From Chloroflexia bacterium (GTDB lineage: Bacteria > Chloroflexota > Chloroflexia > QHBQ01), in NCBI GenBank assembly GCA_038229595.1, contig JBBROH010000001.1, forward strand, positions 50,633-114,632: a stretch of 64,000 nt of DNA, read 5' to 3'. Shown in pieces: positions 1-9,131 of this stretch. The notes below the pieces were generated by a model. The model had not been told where the DNA came from, did not search any database, and saw only the letters and a program-made list of their open reading frames with translations. The position numbers and the translations under genes are program-made. Positions within the stretch are counted from its first letter, which is position 1. The number at the start of each line of letters is the position of its first letter.

Positions 1-303
1 AGCTTCCAGTTTGCCGACCTGACGAAGGAGGAGACCGCCTTGCTGGAACTGATCGCCCGCTACCCCGACGAGTTGCAGCGCGCCGCCGAGCAGTACCGCC
101 CGATCAACATGACCAGCTATCTGTTCGAGTTGGCTGATGCCTTCTCTACCTTCTATGACAAATGTCCAATCCTCAAGTCGGCAGCGCAGGTACAGGCCGC
201 CCGCCTCGCCCTGACCCAGGCCACGCGCCAGACCATCGCCAACGCCCTCACCGACGTAGGTGTGGCGGCACCGCAGCAGATGTTAGCTGCCCCTACTGGG
301 TAG
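1..303 (+). CDS. argS: arginine--tRNA ligase, C-terminal fragment (5' end outside the window)
   Basis: Frame 1 is open from base 1. Anticodon-binding (DALR) C-terminus: ...YRPINMTSYLFELADAFSTFYDKCPIL...LTQATRQTIANAL. Ends close to the usual terminal M of ArgRS. Confidence 0.85.
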   Translation, partial: SFQFADLTKEETALLELIARYPDELQRAAEQYRPINMTSYLFELADAFSTFYDKCPILKSAAQVQAARLALTQATRQTIANALTDVGVAAPQQMLAAPTG

Positions 304-361
304 CAAAAAGGGACGTGACCCTCGCGGATCACGTCCCTCGTTGTTCTGGTCGCCAAATGGG

Positions 362-766
362 TTACTTAGGCAGGATTACGCTGTCGATCACGTGGATTAC
401 GCCATTGTCGCATACGATATCGGTCTGCACGACGTTGGCATTGTCTACCTTCACGCCGCCAGAACTCGCGTCAATGCTCACTTCGCTGCCCTCAACCGTC
501 TTGGCCGAGTGGAGCTTGACCACATCAGCGGCCATTACCTTGCCCGCAACGACGTGGTAGGTGAGAATCTTGGTCAACTGGGGGATGTTGCCGAGCAGGC
601 TCTCAACCGTGCCAGCTGGGAGCTTAGCGAAAGCCTCGTCGGTCGGGGCGAAGACGGTGAAGGGGCCAGCACTCTTGAGCGTGTCCACCAGGCCAGCAGC
701 CTGTACAGCGGCCACCAGGGTCTTGAACGAACCAGCCGCTACAGCGGTATCTACAATATCAGCCAC
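362..766 (-). CDS. fasciclin (FAS1) domain protein
   Basis: 134 aa. FAS1 motifs [40 protein letters not shown] start 9 nt downstream of AGGAG. Confidence 0.85.
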   Translation of the reverse strand: MADIVDTAVAAGSFKTLVAAVQAAGLVDTLKSAGPFTVFAPTDEAFAKLPAGTVESLLGNIPQLTKILTYHVVAGKVMAADVVKLHSAKTVEGSEVSIDASSGGVKVDNANVVQTDIVCDNGVIHVIDSVILPK

Positions 767-834
767 GGTCGTGATCTCCTTATATGTGAGAACTGCTTGT
801 GCTACTCTGCGTTCGCACCCGCGAACCTATGGCA

Positions 835-864
835 ATGATACCAACCAACTCCATAACCTGTCAA
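835..864 (-). promoter_or_regulatory. candidate sigma70-type promoter for the fasciclin gene
   Basis: On the minus strand: TTGACA (859-864), 18 nt spacer, TATCAT (835-840). Confidence 0.4.
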
Positions 865-966
865 TGGTATGCACATGGTTTGCATATACTCTAACACATT
901 GTTAACACTGTTATGTCCGCGAAGTGCGAGTTCGCAAAACGGGATGAGGATTGGCACCAAAACCCC

Positions 967-995
967 TTGCGCTTTCGCATAAACTATGTTATAAT
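967..995 (+). promoter_or_regulatory. candidate sigma70-type promoter
   Basis: TTGCGC (967-972), 17 nt spacer, TATAAT (990-995). Confidence 0.5.
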
Positions 996-1001
996 CTTGA
1001 C

Positions 1002-1156
1002 TGTACGCAAGGCACAACGAACCCGGTCTCGTACACGACGGCATTCCACCACTTCCAGGTCGGCGTGTACCTGACCACCCTGCATCATACACATCTCTCC
1101 TCTCCGCCTCTCGCGTTACGATGGCCCTCGGCAGCAATGCCGGGGGTCATCGTTTT
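1002..1156 (+). ncRNA. candidate small RNA or attenuated leader upstream of the MMPL gene
   Basis: Bounded by the promoter at 967-995 and the hairpin plus T-run at 1125-1156. Internal hairpin 1031-1070. C/U-rich stretch CATCTCTCCTCTCCGCCTCTC (1091-1111). No convincing ORF. Confidence 0.3.
1125..1156 (+). terminator. intrinsic-terminator-like hairpin
   Basis: CCCTCGGCA / TGCCGGGGG, a 9 bp stem (one G-U pair) with a GCAA loop. CGTTTT follows 4 nt downstream. Confidence 0.45.
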
Positions 1157-1332
1157 GGCTCGCGATCCCTTGCCAGCCACAGCTATACTCCTACCTGCTC
1201 CGCTGGGCCAAGCCGCTGGCCGACTGCCTGAACCTGAACTCTCACCTCCTCCGCCCATTTCCATCTTGCGGCCAACTTAGTGTATAATGTAACAAACTAT
1301 GATGGGCTACGGGCGTGGATCAGGAGAAAACG

Positions 1333-3690
1333 ATGGCAGCAACGAATGGTGGCAGCAAGCAGTTGACGACCCGCTTGGCGATGTGGAGCGCGCGGCACGG
1401 TTGGCCGGTGATTGTGGTCTGGCTGGTGGTGGTCACCGCTCTGGTGGCGGGCGGTCTGCTTGGCTTGGGGACGCGTACCCGCGACCTGACCGATGCAGGT
1501 GAGGCGCGTACCGAGGCAGCACGCGGCAATATAGTCTTGCGGGCTGGTGGCATAGTGCAGCCCGAAACGCTGCTAGTCGTCGTCAGCCACCCAACCCTCA
1601 AGGTGACGGATGCCGAGTACAAGGCAACAGTGCTGGATGTAGCCGCCCGCCTGAGCCAGACCAGCTACAGTGCAGTGGGCAGCAAGCCACAACCGGCCTT
1701 CCCTGCAGTCTACAACTACTACGCCGTGCCTGACCCCCAGTTCGTCTCTGCCGACCAGAGTAGTACCCAGGTGGTTGCCCCGCTGAGTGGCGAGCAGGTG
1801 GCGGCGAAGGCACAGGCTTTGGCGGGGCGGGCAGCAGTAGCCGCGGCCCGCCAGGCGCACCCTGCCTACCAGATTTACAGCTACAGCGGGGTGTTGGCAG
1901 ACACAGAGTTCTCCGAGCTGCTGAACAGTGACCTGGAGAGTTCGCTCAAGTTCACCCTGCCCCTCACCATGATCATCCTGCTGATCGCCTTCGGGGCGGT
2001 GGTTGCCGCCCTGGTGCCTATCCTGATGGCGATGCTGACCCTGGCGACGACCTTCAGCGTAATGGCGATCTACAGCCACCTGGTCGCTAAGATCGACCTG
2101 ACAGTGGGCCACGTGGTGGTGATGATCGGGCTGGCGGTCGGCATTGACTACTCACTGTTCATCATCACGCGCTACCGCAGCGAGCGGCGTAGGCTGGGCG
2201 ACAAGTTCGCGGCCCTCGAAGTTGCCAGCGGTACAGCAGGCCGAGCGGTGTTCTTCAGCGGCCTGACAGTGATGATCTCTCTGGCGGGATTGCTGGCAGT
2301 GCCAAACCCCAGCTTCAGCACAATTGCGATTGGTGCGATCACCGTCGTTGCTGTCTCGATTCTCGCCAGCCTCACCTTTCTGCCTGCGCTACTCAGCGTG
2401 CTAGGGCGTAGCATTGATGGTGGGCGCATCCCCTACTTTGGCCGCGAACGCGAAGAAGGTAGTGGGCTGTGGGGCCAGATCGTGCGTAGCGTGGTAGCTC
2501 GCCCTATCTTCTTCGCCGTCAGCGTGACGGTGCTGCTGCTCGCTCTCAGCACTCCTCTGCTCCACATCCGCCTCGGTTCTGCCGACCAGAACGTGGAGGC
2601 TCTGCCGCCCAGCCTCGAAGTTCGCAAGGCCGCCGACATCTTGCAGGCCAAGTGGCCGCAGGGGACGACCCTCACCCTCGATCTTATAGTGCAGGCCAGT
2701 GACCCCCAGCGGGCGGATGTGCAGGCGGCCACCCGCAAGCTGGATGACGCAGTGGGGGCATTGCTGCGCGAAAAGGGGGTAGAGACTGCCGCCCCTGACG
2801 GCAAGGTGCGCTCGGTCAGCTACACCCTGCCTGGCGACTCGAACAGCCAGAGCAACTGGAATCTGGTGCGTCAGGTGCGCCGCGAGCTTGTGCCAGCCGC
2901 CTTCGTGGGCGTGCCGGGGGTAAACGTCTACGTGGCAGGCGAGGCGGCGGGTTCGCTCGACGCAACAGAGCAGTACACCAGCGTGCTGCCGCTGGTTTTT
3001 AGCTTCGTCCTCGGCCTCAGCTTCATCTTGTTGCTGGTGGCCTTCCGTTCGCTGGTGATCCCGATCAAGGCGATCCTACTCAATCTACTCTCCGCCGGGG
3101 CGACCTATGGGCTGATCATCCTTATCTTCCAGGACGGTTTGTTCAAGGAACAACTGGGGGTCACATCCACCGGGGTGATCGCTGGCTGGCTGCCGATCTT
3201 CCTGTTCGCTATCGTCTTCGGCCTCTCAATGGATTATCACCTCTTTGTGCTAACCCGCATCAAAGAGGAGCGGGATCGCGGCTACTCCTCTAACGAAGCG
3301 GTGGAGCGGGGCATCAGCGCAACCAGCGGTACGGTGACGAATGCGGCGGCGATCATGGTCGTTGTGTTCGCTGTGTTCGCCACCCTGCAACTGCTGGCGG
3401 TCAAGCAACTAGGTCTGGGGCTGGCGGTTGCCGTCTTCATCGACGCGACGATCATCCGCTCTGTGCTGCTGCCCGCCACCATGCGGCTGCTAGGCGACTG
3501 GAACTGGTGGCTACCGACATGGCTTGGCTGGCTGCCGCGCATCGCCATCGAAGGTGGCGGCGAAGCCAAACCGCTGCCGCCAGTAGGGGAGCCAGCGAAG
3601 AAGCTGGTGGAGGCGGAGGCTCACTTATGGGGCTGGAGGTGGCGGAAGCCGAGGCTTTGCAGGTCAACCTTGCCGTTGATCTGCCAGTAG
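1333..3690 (+). CDS. MMPL/RND-superfamily membrane transporter
   Basis: Two 6-TM bundles, each followed by a soluble loop. MMPL-type motifs GIDYSLFIITRYRSER and GLSMDYHLFVLTRIKEE. ATG 1333 lies 6 nt after AGGAG; the ORF-track GTG 1315 is less likely. Confidence 0.85.
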   Translation: MAATNGGSKQLTTRLAMWSARHGWPVIVVWLVVVTALVAGGLLGLGTRTRDLTDAGEARTEAARGNIVLRAGGIVQPETLLVVVSHPTLKVTDAEYKATVLDVAARLSQTSYSAVGSKPQPAFPAVYNYYAVPDPQFVSADQSSTQVVAPLSGEQVAAKAQALAGRAAVAAARQAHPAYQIYSYSGVLADTEFSELLNSDLESSLKFTLPLTMIILLIAFGAVVAALVPILMAMLTLATTFSVMAIYSHLVAKIDLTVGHVVVMIGLAVGIDYSLFIITRYRSERRRLGDKFAALEVASGTAGRAVFFSGLTVMISLAGLLAVPNPSFSTIAIGAITVVAVSILASLTFLPALLSVLGRSIDGGRIPYFGREREEGSGLWGQIVRSVVARPIFFAVSVTVLLLALSTPLLHIRLGSADQNVEALPPSLEVRKAADILQAKWPQGTTLTLDLIVQASDPQRADVQAATRKLDDAVGALLREKGVETAAPDGKVRSVSYTLPGDSNSQSNWNLVRQVRRELVPAAFVGVPGVNVYVAGEAAGSLDATEQYTSVLPLVFSFVLGLSFILLLVAFRSLVIPIKAILLNLLSAGATYGLIILIFQDGLFKEQLGVTSTGVIAGWLPIFLFAIVFGLSMDYHLFVLTRIKEERDRGYSSNEAVERGISATSGTVTNAAAIMVVVFAVFATLQLLAVKQLGLGLAVAVFIDATIIRSVLLPATMRLLGDWNWWLPTWLGWLPRIAIEGGGEAKPLPPVGEPAKKLVEAEAHLWGWRWRKPRLCRSTLPLICQ

Positions 3691-4136
3691 CCAACCTCAC
3701 GGAAGCCGTAGTCCAGCAGGGCGGGCAACTGCGCGGTTTGCTGCCAGGTGAGGCGGGCAATATTCGCCTTGCGGACGCGCGGCTGGCCCAGCCCGCCATT
3801 GAGTTCGGGGTGGTAGGCTGCCTCGATCTGCACCGTCAGCAAGCAATCCCGCACTGGTAGCCAGACCCACACCCCAACCGCCCGCACCAGGATGATCTGC
3901 TGGGTGTCGGGGCTGCTGTCCACCCAGCGCAACAGGCGCAGGAGGTTGTGGCCCGGCACGCTCTGCTCCATGGTGTAGCGGGCCAGGTCTAGCTGCCGTC
4001 CTGCGATCAGCCAGTCCAGTACCGGTTGCACCTGCTGCTCAAGCAACCGTTGCGCGGCCTCCTCTGCTTCCTCATCGCCAGGCACCAGGTGAAGCCGCTT
4101 GCTGCCACCCAGTCGGTTTGCATTACGCCAATTCAT
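3621..4136 (-). CDS. hypothetical protein
   Basis: Start placed at the internal ATG (MNWRNANRLGG...) preceded by GGGAG. No recognisable motif. Its 3' end overlaps the MMPL 3' end by 70 nt. Confidence 0.45.
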   Translation of the reverse strand: MNWRNANRLGGSKRLHLVPGDEEAEEAAQRLLEQQVQPVLDWLIAGRQLDLARYTMEQSVPGHNLLRLLRWVDSSPDTQQIILVRAVGVWVWLPVRDCLLTVQIEAAYHPELNGGLGQPRVRKANIARLTWQQTAQLPALLDYGFREVGYWQINGKVDLQSLGFRHLQPHK

Positions 4137-4313
4137 CTCCCGCTCCCCTCGCCAACAACGCGTTTTGCCGCCCCCTGTCGCTTGCTCTCCTACATGGATT
4201 ATAGCAGAAAAGCACAGGCTTATGGGCAAACAGTTCTACAATTAGAAAGTAGATACCCTGCTGCAATAGCCGCGCTGGTGGTCATAGAAGGTATGGTAAG
4301 GTGCTGGTAAGGA

Positions 4314-5474
4314 TCATTCGGGCGTGTGGCCTACTTTGGCTAGCAGCAGGCGGGCTGCCGCGTGGACGGCTGCCGGTTCGAGCGTAGTCAGGCACTCGCG
4401 GTCGGGGCAACCGTCGCGCAGGCCAACCACCCACTCGCGGTAAAGGCAAGGGCTGCAAGCCAGGCTCTGGCGGATCACTGCGTTGCCGCCGCTATACATA
4501 GCCCGCCAGTCTTCTGCCGTGCCAGTCAGTGCGTCGAACTCCACCGCCGCGCCGCTCCCATACGGCCCCCAAGCCCGTTCGTTGCTCGGCCCATAGATGC
4601 CCAGCACTGCTACCCCCGCCGTCACCGCCACGTGCAGCGGCCCACTGTCGCTGCCCACGTAGAGGTCGCAGTGGCGCAGCACCGCCGCCAACTCGCTGAC
4701 GGTTGTCTGCTCTACCAGGTTGAGCAGCCGACCGGCTCCGCTCGCAGCCATGGCAGCGACCAACTGCCCGGCAAACTCGCGCACGTCGGCCCCGCCAACG
4801 AGGATGATCGCCGCGCCCTCTGCTTGCAACCGCTGCGCCAGTTCGATGAAGGAGGCTAGCGGCCAGCGGCGGGCGGGCGCGTATGTCCCCGTGCCGAGGT
4901 GGATTGCCACCCTGGAGCGGTGGTCGGCCAGGGGCGCGAGCAGCAATGCCGCCTGTGCCTCGTCGGCTGCCGCAACCAACAGGCCGCTGGGGCGCGGACG
5001 CGGGTCGGCTCCAACCAGGGCAGCAACCGCCAGCCAGTAGTCAGCCTCGTGCTGCGCGCCGTAGCCGCGATTGCGAACCCGGCGATTGAGGAACCAGCCG
5101 CGCCCGTTGTCCAACCCTGCACGCACCTTCGCCCCTGCTGCGAGGATCAGCAGGGCGAACTTGGCCGCGCCGAACGTTGTGGTCATGTGCTGCATGATCA
5201 GCACCGCATCATAGTGGTTGCGGCGAAGTTGGCGGCTAAACCGCCACTGGGCCAGCCACTTGCCCGGCTGGAGCAGCTCGCGCGGGCGGTCGAAGGCAGC
5301 AATGGCGATCACCTCGTCCACCTGGGGGATGTGGCGGGCAACCTCCACCGAGCGCGGCGGCACCAGCAAATCCAGGCGGGCGGTAGGGTGCGCCTCGCGC
5401 AAGGCAGCCAGAGCGGGGCTGACCAGCAGCAAGTCACCCAGGTCGCCCAGCTTGACGATCAGGATGCGCTGCAA
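4314..5474 (-). CDS. glycosyltransferase family 9 (heptosyltransferase-like)
   Basis: N-terminus RILIVKLGDLGDLLLVSPALAALR and C-terminal VGSDSGPLHVA are GT9 signatures. TTG start abuts the tyrA stop codon. Confidence 0.85.
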   Translation of the reverse strand: MQRILIVKLGDLGDLLLVSPALAALREAHPTARLDLLVPPRSVEVARHIPQVDEVIAIAAFDRPRELLQPGKWLAQWRFSRQLRRNHYDAVLIMQHMTTTFGAAKFALLILAAGAKVRAGLDNGRGWFLNRRVRNRGYGAQHEADYWLAVAALVGADPRPRPSGLLVAAADEAQAALLLAPLADHRSRVAIHLGTGTYAPARRWPLASFIELAQRLQAEGAAIILVGGADVREFAGQLVAAMAASGAGRLLNLVEQTTVSELAAVLRHCDLYVGSDSGPLHVAVTAGVAVLGIYGPSNERAWGPYGSGAAVEFDALTGTAEDWRAMYSGGNAVIRQSLACSPCLYREWVVGLRDGCPDRECLTTLEPAAVHAAARLLLAKVGHTPE

Positions 5475-6485
5475 CTACTGCCCTCGCTTGCGCCCCAGGC
5501 CGCCGAGCAGCGACTGGCTGATCGTCCTGCCCAGCGTAATATTGCCCAGGTCGCTCTCCAATGCAGCCTGTGCGTCGCTGCGCCCGCTCTTGCGCCACTG
5601 GTCGAAGCGATCCCGCGTCTCGTTGAGGCTGGCGAGCAGTTCGCTGCTGGCCGGGTTATTGGGCTGGTCGGGGTCAGTCTTGGCGATAATTTCGCGCAAT
5701 TCGTAGAGGTCGTTGACGGCGCGATCCAGCCAGGTGAGGATCGCCTGCCGGTTGCTCACGCAAATGTCGCGGTACATGGTAGGGTCGCCCCCGGCCAGGC
5801 GGCTCATGTCGCGGTAGCCGCCCGCCGCCAATCGGCCCATCTCCCCCCAGCCGTCGCTGGCAGTAGTCACGCTGACCAGGCTGCTGGACATCAGGAAGGG
5901 CAGGTGGCTGACGGCGGCCACCGCTATGTCGTGTTCGGCTGGGTCAATGAACAGCGGCTTAGCCCCCAACATCCGAGCGAGGGTGGCAACCTGCTCAATC
6001 GCCTCCTCACTGGCCGAAAGCGTGGGGCAGAGGGGATAACTGGCTGCGTCGAATAGGTCAGCGCGGGCGGCCTCCAGGCTGCCGGTCGCCCCAGCCATCG
6101 GGTGGCCGCCAACGAAGTGGACGGTATTGGGCAACAGTTGATCGGCCCAGCGCAAGACCTGCTGCTTGGTGCTGCCAGTGTCGGTGACTACTGCGCCGCT
6201 GCCGAGGACTGGGCCGAGGGCAGCGAACACCTCGCGCATCGCCAGCACCGGGGTGGCGACGATCACCATGTCGGCGTTCCGCACCGCCGAGCCAAAGTCG
6301 CGGCTGATGCTGCCAACTGCGCCCAACTTGACTGCCAGTTGCGCCCGCTCCAGGTCAGTGTCGTAGCCGATGATCTCGAAGCTGGCCTTGCTCCTACGCC
6401 CTTCCTCCGAAGCCTGCCAGCGGCGCAAACCCAGCCCTATAGAACCGCCGATCAGCCCCAGCCCAATGATCGTAATCTTCGCCAT
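5475..6485 (-). CDS. tyrA: prephenate/arogenate dehydrogenase
   Basis: Rossmann motif KITIIGLGLIGGSIGLGL. Conserved FVGGHPMAG and ...HDIAVAAVSHLPF. Confidence 0.85.
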   Translation of the reverse strand: MAKITIIGLGLIGGSIGLGLRRWQASEEGRRSKASFEIIGYDTDLERAQLAVKLGAVGSISRDFGSAVRNADMVIVATPVLAMREVFAALGPVLGSGAVVTDTGSTKQQVLRWADQLLPNTVHFVGGHPMAGATGSLEAARADLFDAASYPLCPTLSASEEAIEQVATLARMLGAKPLFIDPAEHDIAVAAVSHLPFLMSSSLVSVTTASDGWGEMGRLAAGGYRDMSRLAGGDPTMYRDICVSNRQAILTWLDRAVNDLYELREIIAKTDPDQPNNPASSELLASLNETRDRFDQWRKSGRSDAQAALESDLGNITLGRTISQSLLGGLGRKRGQ

Positions 6486-6628
6486 CTTTTACCCTCGCAC
6501 TGTCGTGATAGAGATTGTAGCTTGCAGCCGCATAGTGGTTCGTACCACCGCTCTCCCATTATACCATGCCAGCCCCTGGCAGGTTCGTAGCAGCCACCCT
6601 TCCGCAGCGGCAAAGAAGATAAGGAGAT

Positions 6629-6657
6629 TTGACGTGGCCGTTCGCTTCCTTTATACT
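6629..6657 (+). promoter_or_regulatory. candidate sigma70-type promoter for the DUF218 gene
   Basis: TTGACG (6629-6634), 17 nt spacer, TATACT (6652-6657). The ORF-track start at 6629 is the -35 box itself. Confidence 0.5.
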
Positions 6658-6706
6658 GAGCCTGGCTGAAGTTTGTACTGGCGTGCGGAGGGGAGCGCAG
6701 GTGGGA

Positions 6707-7357
6707 ATGCGTGGAGCGATAGTACGAGAGCAGAGGGCGAATCTGCGGCGGGCGCAGCGTAGGCGTGGCCTTTCGTTTGTGCGCCTGCTGCTGCTGCTGC
6801 TACTGCTGGTCGCTGTGGGCTACGCGCTGATCGTCTGGCAGGTCTACCGGGTGGCCGCTGAGGAGAACGCGCAGGCGGCAGATGTGATCGTCGTTCTCGG
6901 TGCAGCCCAGTGGAACGGCCAGCCTTCACCCGTCTTGCAGGCGCGCCTCGACCACGCTCTTACCCTCTACAATGCAGGGCTGGCCCAGGCGATCATTACC
7001 ACTGGCGGTCTGGGCGACGGCGACCGCTACACCGAGGCCGATATTGCCGCCCGCTATCTAACCCACCGGGGCGTGCCGGTGGAGGAGATCGCCCGCGAGG
7101 AGGAGGGCCGCAATACCTGGCAGAGCCTCTCTGCTGTCAGCGGCATCATGCGCGAGCATGGCTGGCACAGCGCGATCCTGGTCAGTGACCCCTTCCATAT
7201 GATGCGCTCGGCCAAGATGGCAGGCGACCTGGGCATTACCGCCTACACCTCACCCACGCGCACCAGCCCGATCTCTGCCGACCAGGGCTGGGAGGCCCGT
7301 TACGCTCTGCGCGAAGCCGCTTCCTACATCGCATACCTTTTCTCAATTAAGAACTAG
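6707..7357 (+). CDS. YdcF/ElyC (DUF218) family protein
   Basis: N-terminal TM segment, then VIVVLGAAQ...ITTGG...RNTWQSL...ILVSDPFHMMR, typical of DUF218. The exact start is uncertain. Confidence 0.8.
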   Translation: MRGAIVREQRANLRRAQRRRGLSFVRLLLLLLLLVAVGYALIVWQVYRVAAEENAQAADVIVVLGAAQWNGQPSPVLQARLDHALTLYNAGLAQAIITTGGLGDGDRYTEADIAARYLTHRGVPVEEIAREEEGRNTWQSLSAVSGIMREHGWHSAILVSDPFHMMRSAKMAGDLGITAYTSPTRTSPISADQGWEARYALREAASYIAYLFSIKN

Positions 7358-7370
7358 CAGGAGTTTGCTT

Positions 7371-7898
7371 TTGAACGAGCAGTCCACCGAGCAGCGCGTT
7401 CCCTTCGAGCCGGAGCGTCGCCCCCTCAGCCGCCAACGCATGATCCCCGGCCTCTCGGCGATCACCTTCATTGGCCTGGCGACCATCGCAGTCTTCTTCT
7501 TTCTAGTGACGCAGGTTACGCCCCGCTGGGTAGACAACATCAGCCTGTCGATCAGCAACTTGAGCGCAACCGCTACCACGGTGCCGGTAGCACTGCTGGC
7601 GACTGCCACGCCCCTGCCGTTGGCAACTGACACCCCCGCTCCGCCAACTGCTACGCCAGCGGGTAGCAGCGAGTACGTCAAGGTTGCCAACACAGATGGT
7701 CAGGGGGTGCGGCTACGGGCGCGACCGCAGCAGTCGGCTCCCCGCGTTACCAGCCTGCCAGAGGGGACGATCCTCAAGGTGATCGGCCTTGACCAAACCA
7801 ACACGGACGCTACCTGGCGCAACGTGCGGACGACTGACGGCTCGAACGACGAGGGCTGGATTAACACCACCTACCTCGTGGCCTCGCCTGCACCCTGA
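7371..7898 (+). CDS. membrane-anchored bacterial SH3 domain protein
   Basis: TM segment, T/P-rich linker, and a C-terminal SH3b-like region (YVKVANTDGQGVRLRARP...GTILKVIG...WRNVRT.DG..GWI). TTG 7371 lies 7 nt after AGGAG. Confidence 0.7.
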   Translation: MNEQSTEQRVPFEPERRPLSRQRMIPGLSAITFIGLATIAVFFFLVTQVTPRWVDNISLSISNLSATATTVPVALLATATPLPLATDTPAPPTATPAGSSEYVKVANTDGQGVRLRARPQQSAPRVTSLPEGTILKVIGLDQTNTDATWRNVRTTDGSNDEGWINTTYLVASPAP

Positions 7899-7917
7899 GC
7901 AACGTTGGCGGCTGAGG

Positions 7918-7957
7918 GCAAAAAAGAGCGCATCCGCAATGGACGCGCCCTTTTTGT
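7918..7957. terminator. bidirectional intrinsic terminator between convergent genes
   Basis: GCGCATCC / GGACGCGC stem (one mismatch). Flanked by an A-run upstream and TTTTT downstream. Confidence 0.6.
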
Positions 7958-7976
7958 TGCTTGCGGCTTTAGTGGT

Positions 7977-8801
7977 CTAATACCGCTTGCTCATCCTGTT
8001 GTTCTGCTGCGCGATGCTCTTGGCCCAGAGGCCGCTGGCGATTGGAACGAGGGCAAGCACTGGTAGAGCCACGCAGACCCCGATGCCGAGGGTTAGCACA
8101 GTAAAGAGGAAGCCAGCCGAACCAACCACGAACCAGCCGAAGATCAGCATCAGGATACCGCCGACCACGTTACCAGCGTAGATATGCCCGATACCGAGGA
8201 AGCCGAGGTAGCCAATCAGTTCGAGCAGGAAGGCGATGTTGGGGTCTTTGGCTGGTAGTGGGCCGTAAGGTTGTGGCTGGAAGGGCATCTGCTGGTACTG
8301 TGGGTCTGGTACTGGGTAGCCAACATGGCCGCCTTGCTGATACTGCTGCATCCCCTGCTGGCTCTTGCTGAGGTCTACCAGTTGCGACTTGTTTTCCTGC
8401 CCCACATAACCCTGCGTCGGTGCATATGGCTGCTGTGGCTGCTGATACTGAGGCTGCTGGTATTGGGGCTGAGGCTGCTGGTACTGGGGCTGCTGGTATT
8501 GGGGCTGAGGCTGCTGATACTGGGGCTGCTGGTAGGGCTGGTTGTAGCTGGGGGGTGGTTGGGTGTAGCCCGCCGGTTGGTTGTAGCTGGGGGTGGTGGG
8601 GGTGAGGGGTTGCGGCGTTGGGCTGTAGGGCTGGGGTGGCGTGTAAGGCTGAGCCAGGTCTGCGAGGTTTGGTTGGGCGTGGGGCGGTAGGGGAGCCTGC
8701 TCTGGCAAGGCCTGGGTGGGTGGCTCCCGTCGCTCTGGCTGGGGCTGGCTTGGCGGCAAGTTGCTGCGGAACTGATCGTCACTGTTCTGGTTGTGGCTCA
8801 T
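7977..8801 (-). CDS. P/Q/Y-rich protein with C-terminal TM2-like membrane domain
   Basis: Start MSHNQNSDDQ, preceded by AAGGAG. Long low-complexity PQYQQPQ region. The C-terminus GFLGIGHIYAGNVVGGILMLIFGW resembles the TM2 domain. Confidence 0.65.
   Translation of the reverse strand: MSHNQNSDDQFRSNLPPSQPQPERREPPTQALPEQAPLPPHAQPNLADLAQPYTPPQPYSPTPQPLTPTTPSYNQPAGYTQPPPSYNQPYQQPQYQQPQPQYQQPQYQQPQPQYQQPQYQQPQQPYAPTQGYVGQENKSQLVDLSKSQQGMQQYQQGGHVGYPVPDPQYQQMPFQPQPYGPLPAKDPNIAFLLELIGYLGFLGIGHIYAGNVVGGILMLIFGWFVVGSAGFLFTVLTLGIGVCVALPVLALVPIASGLWAKSIAQQNNRMSKRY
8438..8533. repeat. 36-nt tandem coding repeat (about 2.5 copies)
   Basis: Units at 8454-8489 and 8490-8525 are near identical and encode the YQQPQPQYQQPQ repeats. 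Confidence 0.85.
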
Positions 8802-8870
8802 TAGCGAACTCCTTGTCCTGATCTCCATCTGCCAATTGAACAACCCTGGGCCAACAAATGTTTCAACCCT

Positions 8871-8904
8871 GCAAAACGAAGAACCGACCACGTAGCGTGA
8901 TCGG
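8871..8904 (-). terminator. intrinsic terminator after tRNA-Arg
   Basis: Minus strand: CCGATCAC / GTGGTCGG stem followed by TTCTTCGTTTTG. Confidence 0.55.
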
Positions 8905-8912
8905 CTGCTGAA

Positions 8913-8987
8913 TGGTACCCCCGAGGCGACTCGAACGCCTGCTTCAGGCTTCGGAGGCCTGCGCTCTATCCACTGAGCTACGGGGGC
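8913..8987 (-). tRNA. tRNA-Arg (anticodon CCG)
   Basis: The reverse complement GCCCCCGTAGCTCAGTGGATAGAGCGCAGGCCTCCGAAGCCTGAAGCAGGCGTTCGAGTCGCCTCGGGGGTACCA folds as a cloverleaf. Anticodon loop is CTCCGAA. CCA is encoded. Confidence 0.95.
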
Positions 8988-9002
8988 ATAGTGCTGAGTG
9001 CA

Positions 9003-9031
9003 ATTATACCCGAAAGCAGTAGTTTTAGCAA
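9003..9031 (-). promoter_or_regulatory. promoter of tRNA-Arg
   Basis: Minus strand: TTGCTA, 17 nt spacer, TATAAT, ending about 15 nt upstream of the tRNA 5' end. Confidence 0.6.
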
Positions 9032-9131
9032 CACTGTCGCGGTGGCGGGCTATGGCAGAGGCAGTCGTGCGTGGATGTAAGTACAGCCCCCGACCTGTTG
9101 ATCGGAGGCTGCTTTTACGGCTGGCAGCGAG

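Noticed and set aside
4899-6056. 385-aa plus-strand ORF
   Set aside because: It is antisense to GT9 and tyrA. Its composition is non-protein-like.
8438-8533. Possible CRISPR-like or other non-coding tandem repeats (also at 26097-26204 and 44501-44650)
   Set aside because: All are in-frame coding repeats inside supported genes (36, 36 and 75 nt units) with no spacers. No cas genes are present.
9081-9125. Hairpin CAGCCCCCGA...TCGGAGGCTG as terminator of the DUF1501 gene
   Set aside because: The stem is imperfect and lacks a U-run in the minus orientation. It is too weak to call.
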